Shown: piece after piece, positions 35,473 through 43,917 of the stretch | Numbering within the stretch: position 1 is the first letter of the stretch | Layout of the letters: every line of letters starts with the position of its first letter | From: Candidatus Moraniibacteriota bacterium | GTDB taxonomy: Bacteria; Patescibacteriota; Minisyncoccia; Moranbacterales; UBA1568 | Direction of reading: 5' to 3' | DNA: 64,000 nt | Assembly: GCA_016699425.1 (NCBI GenBank) | Contig: CP064975.1 | Span: 322,979 to 386,978 of the forward strand | Made by a program: the position numbers and the translations under genes | Notes under the pieces: model-generated | Databases searched by the model: none | The model's input: the letters and a program-made list of their open reading frames with translations, nothing else | What the model was told of the DNA's origin: nothing

Positions 35473-37571
35473 GGGAAGTCTATGCGAGATATCCGACGCA
35501 ATATCCGTTATCCAAGAGATGCGGCACTCCCGAGGCCAGTTGGATTGAGTTCGCCTCGTCCGATTCATTCGCCACCGGAGCGACCCACCCCCGATCAATT
35601 CGGGGATATCAGCGAAATGGGCGTTATCGACTCCTCATTTATCTTTTGGTTCTCTTGGGAGGATTGGGGATTGCTTCGATCTGGCTTCGGCAGGCGATCG
35701 TCACGCTGGGCACATCCGCCGTCGCCGAAACGAAGCTCGCCGTGATGAGCGCTCGGCAAGGGAATCTCGAGGCCAGCCGGGAAGAACTCAGTCGGGCGGA
35801 ACGGGATTTCTCCCGCGGGGCGCGTTGGCTCCGACCGTTCGCCTGGCTGCCGCATTCATTCGGACGAATTCCGGGATTCGCTCACGGTATATCGGCAGAG
35901 GCGCTCTTCAGTGCGGGTCGCGAGGGGACCCGGGCAGCGTTACCGATTCTTTCGGTGTTCCCTTCTATCCTCGATGTGCCCGATACCCCGAGTGATGTCG
36001 CGTCGCTCATCGATATCCTGGATCATTCGGCTTTGGCCGCGACCGAAGCGCACACTCATCTCCAGATGGTTCAACAGGCATTTGATCGAGTGCAACTCAG
36101 TGCGCTACCGGAAATTTACCGAGACGATTTCTCGCGCGTGCGTGACGTCGTCCCGATTGCGGTCGCTCTATTGGACGGCTATGCAGAACATCAGGCGCTC
36201 TTCCGGGAACTGCTCGGCGCCAACGGGCCACGAGTGTACCTATTCCTTTTCCAGAATAATCAGGAGCTCCGTGCGACGGGCGGATTCATCGGCAGTTATG
36301 CGCTCTTGGATGTGAGTCAGGGCCGCATCCGTCGTTTCTTCGTCGATGGTATTTTCAATCCAGATGGCCAATTGAAGGAGAATATCGTGCCGCCGAAGCC
36401 GATTCAGAAAATCAGTGCCGGTTGGAGCCTGCATGATAGCAACTGGTTTCCCAACTTCCCAACCTCGGCCGAAAAAGCAATCTTTTTCTACGAGAAAACA
36501 GGTGGTCCGACGGTGGACGGCATTATCACGCTGACGCCGGAAGTGTTGGGACGCATCCTCGAGATCGTCGGTCCGGTCACACTCCCGGAATACGGGGTCA
36601 CAGTTGAGACTGAGAACTTTATGCCGATCATTCAGGAAGAAGTCGAAGTGAAGTACGACAAGGAAGAAAATGAACCCAAGCGCATCCTGGGCGACCTCAC
36701 CGAGGCATTACTCCGGCGCTTCCTCTCCTTCGATCATCCGGAAGAAACCTGGGGATTGGGCACGACGCTCGCCACACTTCTGAACGAGAAGCATATTCTC
36801 CTGTATTCTCGGCACCCGGATGTCCAGGCGCTCATCAGCGGTGCTGGCTGGTCGGGAGAGGTACTGGCCACAGCGCATGACTATCTCTCGGTCATCCATA
36901 CCAATATCAATGGGTACAAGACCGATGGCGTCATCAAAGAGACTATCAGCCACGAGGCAAATATCGAAGCAGATGGCACCGTCCGCGACACGGTCTCTAT
37001 CACGCGCCAGCATCAGGGAGGCAACACGGCGTACGAGTGGTGGAACAAGGTGAATGCTGACTATTGTCGAGTCTATGTCCCCAAGGGTTCGACGCTCATC
37101 TCGGCTGAGGGGATGACACGGGAATTTCCTGAAGCGCCACTCGACTATCTCGCCCTCGGTTTTCGCCGGGATCCGGATATCGTGAGTGAAGAGGAAGGGA
37201 CCGTCATTGATGAAACGAGTGGCACCCGGATATCGGAGGATGCGGGTAAGACCGTCTTTGGGAACTGGGTGTATGTGAGCCCAGGCGAATCCGTCACGGT
37301 CCGCTATGTCTATGAATTGCCATTTCGAGTCGCGCTCGAAACGGGCATTGACACTCCGGCGACAGCGTATGCTGCGCTGTATCAGAAGCAATCTGGCACA
37401 GAAGGTACCGCGCTTATGGCGACGATCCGCTATCCGGAGTTGCTCCGGCCGGTTTGGCAGACCCCGGGAAATTTGGTACCGTACCAGCGGGTCTTCGAAA
37501 CGAAACAAATACTCGATAAAGACTTCTATTGGGGGGCTGTTTTCGGTCAAAAGAACTTGAACGGGGAGTGA
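35409..37571 (+). CDS. DUF4012-like membrane-anchored extracytoplasmic protein
   Basis: One TM (YRLLIYLLVLLGGLGIASIW), coiled-coil, then YLFLFQNNQELRATGGFIGSYALLD, which I recall as the DUF4012 core. The only in-frame ATG, at 35409, overlaps the glycosyltransferase by 64 nt, so the true start is uncertain. Confidence 0.55.
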   Translation: MAAHGARDAPALRNHPNKAILREVYARYPTQYPLSKRCGTPEASWIEFASSDSFATGATHPRSIRGYQRNGRYRLLIYLLVLLGGLGIASIWLRQAIVTLGTSAVAETKLAVMSARQGNLEASREELSRAERDFSRGARWLRPFAWLPHSFGRIPGFAHGISAEALFSAGREGTRAALPILSVFPSILDVPDTPSDVASLIDILDHSALAATEAHTHLQMVQQAFDRVQLSALPEIYRDDFSRVRDVVPIAVALLDGYAEHQALFRELLGANGPRVYLFLFQNNQELRATGGFIGSYALLDVSQGRIRRFFVDGIFNPDGQLKENIVPPKPIQKISAGWSLHDSNWFPNFPTSAEKAIFFYEKTGGPTVDGIITLTPEVLGRILEIVGPVTLPEYGVTVETENFMPIIQEEVEVKYDKEENEPKRILGDLTEALLRRFLSFDHPEETWGLGTTLATLLNEKHILLYSRHPDVQALISGAGWSGEVLATAHDYLSVIHTNINGYKTDGVIKETISHEANIEADGTVRDTVSITRQHQGGNTAYEWWNKVNADYCRVYVPKGSTLISAEGMTREFPEAPLDYLALGFRRDPDIVSEEEGTVIDETSGTRISEDAGKTVFGNWVYVSPGESVTVRYVYELPFRVALETGIDTPATAYAALYQKQSGTEGTALMATIRYPELLRPVWQTPGNLVPYQRVFETKQILDKDFYWGAVFGQKNLNGE

Positions 37572-37577
37572 TATTTC

Positions 37578-39239
37578 TTGCACGCGATGCGAATGCTACA
37601 GCGATTTTTTCAGTGGAGCGGGCGGCCAATCGAGACTCTCGGGGGCGCCGCTTTTATCATTGCTTTGGCTGGGGTCGCGAGCCGGGTGCTTGGTTTCATC
37701 CGGGACCGCTTGCTGGCTTCTTCGTTCGGGGCGGGTGATGTCTTGGACGCGTACTATGCCGCCTTTCGGCTACCGGATCTTGTCTATGGTCTCCTGGTGC
37801 TCGGGGCGCTGTCGGCAGCTTTCATCCCGGTCTTCACCGGACTCATGGCGCATGGGGAGAAGGCAAAGGCCTGGCGCTTGGTGCAAGGCGCGCTGCAATG
37901 GCTCACCGTGATCCTCGGCGGAGCCGCGGTTGTGGGCATCCTGTTCGCGGACCAGCTTGCGGCTTGGATCGCGCCCGGATTCTCACCCGAAAAACAAACG
38001 CTCGTCGCCCAGCTGACGCGCATTATGCTTTTTTCGCCTGTTTTCCTCTCGATTTCCGCGGTTGTGGGTGGCGTACTTGTTTCTTGTAAGCAATTTCTGA
38101 CCTACTCGTTCGCGCCGGTCTTCTACAATCTTGGCATCATCTTCGGTATCCTGGTTCTGTATCCAGTCCTGGGCCCGGCTGGTCTTGCGGTGGGGGTCGT
38201 TATCGGATCGCTCCTCCACGCTTTGGTCCAGTTTCCAGCCTTTTGGCGGAGCGGCTATCATTTATCATTTCTTCCGTTTCGGGCGAGCCTGCAAGACCCG
38301 GCACTCCGTCAGGTGGTGCGGCTCATGATCCCTCGCTCGCTCGCCATGGCCGTGAATCAATTCGGCCTCGTGATCGTCACAGTCTTTTCTTCCACGCTTG
38401 CTTCTGGCAGTCTGGCGGCCTTCACACTGGCTATCAATATCCAGAGCGTCCCACTTGGCCTCTTCGGCATCGCGTTCGCCCTCGCGTCGTTTCCGGTTCT
38501 CTCGACGCTTGCTGCCAAGCAGGATCATGAAGAATTCTTCACGGTCCTGGTCAGAACAACCCAACGCATCCTCTACTTCGTGCTCCCGTTGTCATTTCTC
38601 TTCATCATTTTCCGCGCGGAAATCGTCCGCATTGTGCTCGGGACTGGTGCCTTCAACTGGGAAGACACCATTGTGACCTTCACCGTGCTTGGCTGGCTGT
38701 CGATTTCGCTTTTCGCGCAGAGTCTCATCCTGCTGTTCGTGCGGGCCTTCTTCGCGCTTCAGGATACCAAGACCCCGCTCTTTGCCGCTCTGTTTTCCGA
38801 GGTTATTCATCTTGCGCTCATTCCCTTCCTCCTTCCGTATTTTGCTGTGGCCGGGATCGCGATGGCCTTCTCGGTCGGTGCGATTGTCAATGTCATTATC
38901 CTCTATTGGTCACTAAGGCAGCGTGTGTCGGTCTGGCGCGACTGGGAGATGATTTCTGGTATGCTGCGGATTGCAGGTATCGCCCTCGTCGCGGCTGCCG
39001 TGGCGCAGTTTTCCAAGGGCATCTTTGCGCTCACTATCGGCCGCCTCGATACCTTTGTCGAAGTCGCCGTAAAGCTCGGGGTCGGCGTCCTCATCGGTGG
39101 GGCGACCTATATCGCACTGTCGGCCTATTTTGCTCTGCCGGAATACCGGCAAGTGAAACGCTTCATTTGGTGTCGGCTTCTCCGCCGTCCCGAAACTATC
39201 GTCCTCACTGAGGATCACCCGGAACAGGGCGATTGGTAG
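37578..39239 (+). CDS. murJ: Lipid II flippase MurJ
   Basis: MviN/MurJ N-terminus ...VLGFIRDRLLASSFGAGDVLDAYYAAFRLPDL..., about 14 TM. Confidence 0.85.
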   Translation: MHAMRMLQRFFQWSGRPIETLGGAAFIIALAGVASRVLGFIRDRLLASSFGAGDVLDAYYAAFRLPDLVYGLLVLGALSAAFIPVFTGLMAHGEKAKAWRLVQGALQWLTVILGGAAVVGILFADQLAAWIAPGFSPEKQTLVAQLTRIMLFSPVFLSISAVVGGVLVSCKQFLTYSFAPVFYNLGIIFGILVLYPVLGPAGLAVGVVIGSLLHALVQFPAFWRSGYHLSFLPFRASLQDPALRQVVRLMIPRSLAMAVNQFGLVIVTVFSSTLASGSLAAFTLAINIQSVPLGLFGIAFALASFPVLSTLAAKQDHEEFFTVLVRTTQRILYFVLPLSFLFIIFRAEIVRIVLGTGAFNWEDTIVTFTVLGWLSISLFAQSLILLFVRAFFALQDTKTPLFAALFSEVIHLALIPFLLPYFAVAGIAMAFSVGAIVNVIILYWSLRQRVSVWRDWEMISGMLRIAGIALVAAAVAQFSKGIFALTIGRLDTFVEVAVKLGVGVLIGGATYIALSAYFALPEYRQVKRFIWCRLLRRPETIVLTEDHPEQGDW

Positions 39240-39261
39240 GCGGCCGATCCATCAGATAGAA

Positions 39262-39295
39262 GAAAAGCCGTAGCGGGTTCGCGTACGGCTTGGGT
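39262..39295 (-). terminator. Rho-independent terminator on minus strand (GCCGUA-CGCG-AACC-CGC-UACGGC + UUUUCUUCU)
   Basis: Follows the stop of the small zinc-ribbon ORF. Convergent with the murJ 3' end. Confidence 0.55.
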
Positions 39296-39325
39296 GGGGC
39301 GGTGGCCCCGGGGAGGGATCGGGCT

Positions 39326-39571
39326 TCAGTCACCCGCATCCCACAGTTGACCCACTGCGCGTGAGCGAGGGTTTCGGGAGGTGGCCGCCCAACCCCGCTC
39401 GGGTGGTAGAGTGGTAATGATCACTGGTTGCGAAGTCTGGCAGTGAGCGCAGGTATAGTTTCGCCAGAGTGTATTTCCTCCCTCGCCTGGGGGCGCATCA
39501 GCGGGCGGGGAGATGGGGGAGAAGTGCTCGAGGGGTGTCCTACAATTTTTACATAAGAGCAGATCGCTCAT
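39326..39571 (-). CDS. Small zinc-ribbon protein (81 aa), hypothetical
   Basis: Strong SD AAGGAAAGGA 5 nt before the ATG. CxxC...(30)...CxHC cysteine pairs. Own terminator. Proline/Gly-rich middle makes it low-complexity, so it could instead be a non-coding region. Confidence 0.35.
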   Translation of the reverse strand: MSDLLLCKNCRTPLEHFSPISPPADAPPGEGGNTLWRNYTCAHCQTSQPVIITTLPPERGWAATSRNPRSRAVGQLWDAGD

Positions 39572-39605
39572 GATAGTCCTTTCCTTCGGTGGTTGTTAAA
39601 GGGCG

Positions 39606-39640
39606 AAAACAAAAAACCGGCTCGGTGGAGAGTCGGTTCC
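39606..39640 (-). promoter_or_regulatory. Terminator-like hairpin + U-tract in the 5' leader of the zinc-ribbon ORF (candidate attenuator/riboswitch expression platform)
   Basis: Minus-strand AACCGaCUC-uccacc-GAGcCGGUU + UUUUUUGUUUU directly upstream of the RBS. An upstream CCUCGGGG can alternatively pair with the CACCGAGCC right arm. Confidence 0.4.
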
Positions 39641-39748
39641 TGCATTGTAACCCCGAGGCTACAAGACAGAAATCAACCCTTCACCGGCGAACCGGAAAAG
39701 AAACACCAGAAAAAGAAACGGTTGAAGCGTGTCGGTAACATATCCATA

Positions 39749-39778
39749 CCCTACACGCCACGGCACCCTCTGTCAACT
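39749..39778 (-). promoter_or_regulatory. Candidate minus-strand promoter TTGACA-18-TAGGGT feeding the structured leader
   Basis: Perfect -35, weaker -10. Divergent from lepA. Confidence 0.3.
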
Positions 39779-39821
39779 TGCCTCGCTGGCCGATTTCCTC
39801 TACCGTAGACGAACCAAGACT

Positions 39822-41630
39822 ATGCGTCAGGAACACATCCGCAATTTCTGCATCATCGCCCATATTGACCATGGCAAGTCGACCCTGGCCGATCGCCTCT
39901 TGGAGCTGACCAAGACGGTCGAGCAGCGCAAGATGAAGGAACAGCTCCTCGATCAGATGGATCTGGAGCGCGAGCGTGGCATCACCATCAAGCTGCAGCC
40001 GGTCCAGATGAAGTACACCTACGAGGGGAACGAATACCACCTCAACCTCATCGATACGCCGGGCCATGTTGATTTTCATTACGAGGTGTCTCGGTCGCTC
40101 GCGGCGGTCGAGGGCGCGATCCTCCTCGTCGATGCGACCAAGGGTGTGCAGGCTCAAACCTTGGCCAATCTCTATCTCGCGATCGAGCAGGGGCTCGAGA
40201 TCGTCCCAGTCGTGAACAAAATCGATCTGCCGAATGCCGAGGTGGAGAAAGCGAAGAATGAAATCATCCACCTCATCGGTTGTCCCGAAACAGACATCCT
40301 GCTCGCGTCCGGCAAGACGGGCCTTGGCGTCCAAGAGGTGCTCGAGCGTGTCATCGAGCGTGTCCCGGCGCCGGTGGGGGACATCGAGCAGCCGCTCCGG
40401 GCACTCATCTTTGATTCAGTGTATGACACGTACAAGGGCGTCGTAGCCTTTGTCCGCGTCGTCGACGGGACCGTGAAGCGCGACGATGTACTCTCGATGC
40501 TTGGGACATCACAGGTATCCGTCACTGTCGAAGTCGGACATTTTGCGCCAGCACTCACGCCTCAACCAGCGCTTCGAGCGGGTGATATCGGCTATATCGC
40601 GACCGGACTGAAAGATGTCGCCCACTGCCGGGTCGGCGATACGATCACGCTCGAAAATCGGCATCGTGATGCGAGCGCCGTCTCACCACTGCCGGGTTAT
40701 CGCGAGATCAAGCCGGCCGTGTATGCGAGTCTGTATCCGACGGATGGTGAGGATTATGCTTTCATGCGCGATGCGCTCGACAAGCTGAAGTTGAATGACG
40801 CCGCTTTCACGTTCGAGCCCGAGAGCAATCAGGCGCTGGGCCGGGGGTTTCGCTGTGGCTTCCTCGGCCTCCTCCACCTGGAGATCATCCAGGCTAGGCT
40901 GGAACGTGAATTCGAGCTCGTCCCAACCATCACGACCCCCTCGGTCGTCTACGAGCTCCAGCTGTACGGCCAATCCGCGCGCGTGCCACTCTTTTCGCCA
41001 TCGGACATGCCGGATCCGGCGGGGATCGATACTATCTACGAGCCGTATGTCGCGCTCTCCATCATCACGCCGGGCGAATACCTCGGCAATGTGATGCAAC
41101 TCGCTCAGTCGATCCGCTCCGAGTACAAGAACACCGAGTATATCGACGAGGGCCGGGTCATTATTTCGTTCGAGGCGCCGCTTATGGACGTGATTGTGAA
41201 TTTCCACGACGAGCTGAAGAGCGCATCATCAGGGTATGCCTCGATGAACTATGAGCCGATCGGCTATCGGCCGAGCGATGTAGTGAAGCTCGATATCCTC
41301 GTCGCTGGGGACAAGGTCGAGGCATTTTCACGCATGGTGCCAGCCCGGATGGCTCACCTGGAAGGCAAGAAGACTGTCGAACGGCTGAAAGAAGTCTTGC
41401 CGCGGCAGGCCTTTGCGGTCGCACTCCAGGCGGCCATCGGGGCCAAGGTTATCGCCCGTGAGACGATCTCGGCGTTTCGGAAAGACGTGACGGGCTACAT
41501 GTATGGCGGCGACTTCAGTCGTAAGAAGAAATTGCTCGAGAAGCAGAAAGCCGGCAAGAAGCGGATGAAGGAAACCGGCCGCGTCACCATCCCGCCCAAA
41601 GCCTTCCTCGAAATCTTGAAGAACAAATAA
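39822..41630 (+). CDS. lepA: Elongation factor 4 (LepA)
   Basis: IRNFCIIAHIDHGKSTLADRLL G1 motif, DTPGHVDF, NKIDL, LepA C-terminal domain. Confidence 0.9.
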   Translation: MRQEHIRNFCIIAHIDHGKSTLADRLLELTKTVEQRKMKEQLLDQMDLERERGITIKLQPVQMKYTYEGNEYHLNLIDTPGHVDFHYEVSRSLAAVEGAILLVDATKGVQAQTLANLYLAIEQGLEIVPVVNKIDLPNAEVEKAKNEIIHLIGCPETDILLASGKTGLGVQEVLERVIERVPAPVGDIEQPLRALIFDSVYDTYKGVVAFVRVVDGTVKRDDVLSMLGTSQVSVTVEVGHFAPALTPQPALRAGDIGYIATGLKDVAHCRVGDTITLENRHRDASAVSPLPGYREIKPAVYASLYPTDGEDYAFMRDALDKLKLNDAAFTFEPESNQALGRGFRCGFLGLLHLEIIQARLEREFELVPTITTPSVVYELQLYGQSARVPLFSPSDMPDPAGIDTIYEPYVALSIITPGEYLGNVMQLAQSIRSEYKNTEYIDEGRVIISFEAPLMDVIVNFHDELKSASSGYASMNYEPIGYRPSDVVKLDILVAGDKVEAFSRMVPARMAHLEGKKTVERLKEVLPRQAFAVALQAAIGAKVIARETISAFRKDVTGYMYGGDFSRKKKLLEKQKAGKKRMKETGRVTIPPKAFLEILKNK

Positions 41631-41642
41631 TCGTCCTGACTT

Positions 41643-41678
41643 GTGACACTTAACTAGCGATCGCTAGTTAAGTGTCAC
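41643..41678. repeat. Perfect 36-bp palindrome GTGACACTTAACTAGCGATCGCTAGTTAAGTGTCAC
   Basis: Read from the sequence. Centred on GCGATCGC, 13 nt after the lepA stop, with no flanking U-tract. Confidence 0.7.
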
Positions 41679-41725
41679 GATTGAGAAATGGCTTGGGGGT
41701 TTGAATTCGGGCAGGTTTTTTTACT

Positions 41726-41754
41726 TTGACTTTTCTGGTTGTGCCGGGTATGCT
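41726..41754 (+). promoter_or_regulatory. Sigma70-like promoter TTGACT-17-TATGCT
   Basis: Upstream of the small ORF at 41786. Confidence 0.45.
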
Positions 41755-41785
41755 GCGGGCACTGTGTTTTCTGGGGAGTAGGATC

Positions 41786-42001
41786 ATGATTGATCGGTAC
41801 GAGAGATACCAGCGGTTGGAGATTCTTTTGCAACGATTCTCTGCGGCCACAACACTGGAGGAGATGGGCCAGGTGCTGATAGATATCGGAGAGGCGACAG
41901 GTGAGCCAGATTTGAGGAGACTTTCTCTTCGGTATGCCGAACTATTGTCCCGCGTCTCGGACGAAACTATTGAGGTGCAATCCTCCCAATTCGGGACATG
42001 A
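41786..42001 (+). CDS. Small hypothetical protein (71 aa)
   Basis: ATG with GGGGAGTAGGA upstream. Alpha-helical, no motif. Confidence 0.3.
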   Translation: MIDRYERYQRLEILLQRFSAATTLEEMGQVLIDIGEATGEPDLRRLSLRYAELLSRVSDETIEVQSSQFGT

Positions 42002-42077
42002 CGCCGCGCCGTCGTGTCCTTTTGCTTTTTTCGCAGCGAACGCCTAAAATGGAGGAGTAATCGTTGACGCTATCGAT

Positions 42078-42389
42078 ATGGCACTTGAATTTACCAAAGA
42101 TAATTTTGAAACAGAGGTCGTGAAGAGCGAACAGCCCGTACTCGTGGACTTTTGGGCACCCTGGTGTGGCCCGTGTCAGATCATGGGGCCGGTCCTCGAC
42201 ACGCTCGCCGGTGAGATGACGACCGTCAAGATCGGCAAGCTCAACGTCGACGAGCATCCGGATATCGCTCAGGCGTACGGCGTCATGTCCATCCCGACGA
42301 TGAAAGTCTTCAAGGATGGCCAAGTCGTGAGGGAGTTCGTCGGCGTCCAGGATAAAGCTGCGCTCCAAGCGGCTCTGGCAGCGATCTAG
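42078..42389 (+). CDS. trxA: Thioredoxin
   Basis: WAPWCGPCQ active site, 103 aa. Confidence 0.9.
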   Translation: MALEFTKDNFETEVVKSEQPVLVDFWAPWCGPCQIMGPVLDTLAGEMTTVKIGKLNVDEHPDIAQAYGVMSIPTMKVFKDGQVVREFVGVQDKAALQAALAAI

Positions 42390-42427
42390 CAAGCACCGGT
42401 TTATTTTGGGGGAGGTAAAAAACACAT

Positions 42428-42868
42428 ATGAAAATCCATAAGGAGCGGATCGACTTGAAAAGCACGACGCAGATCGAGTTCCTCGATATCACGGACCAGG
42501 TCCAAGAGATCGTGGACCGTTCGGGTATCCGTGAGGGCCAGGTGCTCATCTATGTGCCGCATACGACTATGGGTGTCGCGATCAACCACAACGAGCCGAT
42601 GCTCTTGCAGGACTTCATGCGCATCCTCTACAAAGTCGTCCCAGTGGATGACCAGTATTCACATGATCTCTTTGAACTGCGCCGCGAGACGAAGTCGGAT
42701 GGCCGGTCCAATGGGCATTCCCACTGTAAGGCGATTCTCCTCGGCAATAGCGAGACGGTGCCGGTGGAGAAGGGACTGCTACTTCTCACCGAGCGGCAGA
42801 ACATCTTCGCAGTCGAGTTTGACGGAGCGCGGGAACGCGATGTCGTGATTCAGGTCATTGGCTACTAA
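42428..42868 (+). CDS. YjbQ/UPF0047-family protein (secondary thiamine-phosphate synthase enzyme-like)
   Basis: VPHTTMGV...HSHCKAILLG family motifs. Confidence 0.7.
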   Translation: MKIHKERIDLKSTTQIEFLDITDQVQEIVDRSGIREGQVLIYVPHTTMGVAINHNEPMLLQDFMRILYKVVPVDDQYSHDLFELRRETKSDGRSNGHSHCKAILLGNSETVPVEKGLLLLTERQNIFAVEFDGARERDVVIQVIGY

Positions 42869-42878
42869 TTTTTTTCTC

Positions 42879-43913
42879 ATGCGTCTCATCATCAGCATGG
42901 TGAAGGCGGTAGGGGTAGTGTTCGTCGTGGCTGTGGTGATCGGCGGGGTTTCATATGCGTATCTCTTGAACCGTGCTGATTCGGCGCGGGGGATGCTGTC
43001 AGAAAACCAGCGCTTCACCATCCAGAGTGGGGAAGGGGTGGTGTCGATCGCCGAGCGGCTCGACAAAGCGGGGATCATTGATGGTTCGCTCACCTTCATC
43101 GCGTATGCGGTAAAGACGGGTTTGTACAAGCAGTTCCAAGTCGGTGAATATAGTCTCTCTGGCCAATTGTCAGTACCGGATATCGTCGATCGATTCGTCG
43201 CGGGTAAGGTCGTTCCGGCGGGCGTCCGTATCACGTTTCCTGAGGGGTGGACCATGCATGAGATGGCCGAGCGACTCACTGCCAATGGCTTAGCGGGCGC
43301 TGACTTCCTGGCAATTGCTGCCCGACCGTTTCCGAAGTGGCAGGAACGTTATCCATTTCTGGCGGACTTGCCAGCGGGCGCGAGTCTCGAGGGGTATCTC
43401 TTTCCGGATACCTACATTTTCCCCGCCCAGGCCACGGGTGAACTGATCGTCAATGAATTGCTGAAGAATTTCGGGGAGAAGGCCGAACCGGTCATCACTG
43501 CCGGGCTAACCACGCGGGGATTGTCATTCCATAATGTGATCACCCTCGCTTCCATCATCGAAGAGGAAGGCCGGACTGAGGCTGACCGGAAAAATATCAG
43601 CGATGTGTTCCGGAAGCGCTTGGCGGTCGGTCAGGCCCTGCAGAGCGATGCGACGATCAATTATATCCACGGTACCGCCAAAGACCAGCCGACATTTGAG
43701 GATCTGAAGTCAACCTCGCCCTATAATACGTATGTGCATACTGGGCTACCTCCGGGTCCGATCGGCAATCCGAGCCTGATGTCGATCAATGCAGCGCTTT
43801 ACCCGACGAGCAATCCCTACTTCTACTTCCTGATCGACCCCGAAACGCGTATCACTTACTTCGCTGAGGATTTCGACGGTCACAGCCGAAATCGCGCCGC
43901 GCACGGCCTCTAG
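42879..43913 (+). CDS. mltG: Endolytic murein transglycosylase MltG (YceG-like)
   Basis: N-terminal TM, YceG domain (ASIIEEEG...DRKNISDVF..., TGLPPGPIGNPS). Confidence 0.8.
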   Translation: MRLIISMVKAVGVVFVVAVVIGGVSYAYLLNRADSARGMLSENQRFTIQSGEGVVSIAERLDKAGIIDGSLTFIAYAVKTGLYKQFQVGEYSLSGQLSVPDIVDRFVAGKVVPAGVRITFPEGWTMHEMAERLTANGLAGADFLAIAARPFPKWQERYPFLADLPAGASLEGYLFPDTYIFPAQATGELIVNELLKNFGEKAEPVITAGLTTRGLSFHNVITLASIIEEEGRTEADRKNISDVFRKRLAVGQALQSDATINYIHGTAKDQPTFEDLKSTSPYNTYVHTGLPPGPIGNPSLMSINAALYPTSNPYFYFLIDPETRITYFAEDFDGHSRNRAAHGL

Positions 43914-43917
43914 TCCT

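Noticed and set aside
35482-35745. 87-aa ORF with ATG right after the glycosyltransferase stop (an alternative 5' end for the DUF4012 gene?)
   Set aside because: It is in a different frame from the DUF4012 body and has Pro/Arg/Ser-rich low-complexity translation with no TM. It does not solve the start-site problem, though an undetected frameshift joining the two frames cannot be excluded.
39240-39821. Possibility of tmRNA, RNase P RNA, SRP RNA or a tRNA in the long lepA-upstream spacer
   Set aside because: Scanned both strands by eye for the tRNA or tmRNA T-loop (GGTTCGAATCC-like), the tmRNA tag-ORF ending (..GCN GCN TAA), and RNase P P4 strands (AGGAAAGTCCGG / ACAGAACCCGGCTTA). None were found. 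It is kept only as an unexplained structured region.
39681-40334. 217-aa minus-strand ORF overlapping the lepA 5' region
   Set aside because: Antisense to the highly conserved LepA G-domain. The minus-strand signals I do trust here (promoter, leader, zinc-ribbon ORF) lie upstream of lepA rather than inside it.
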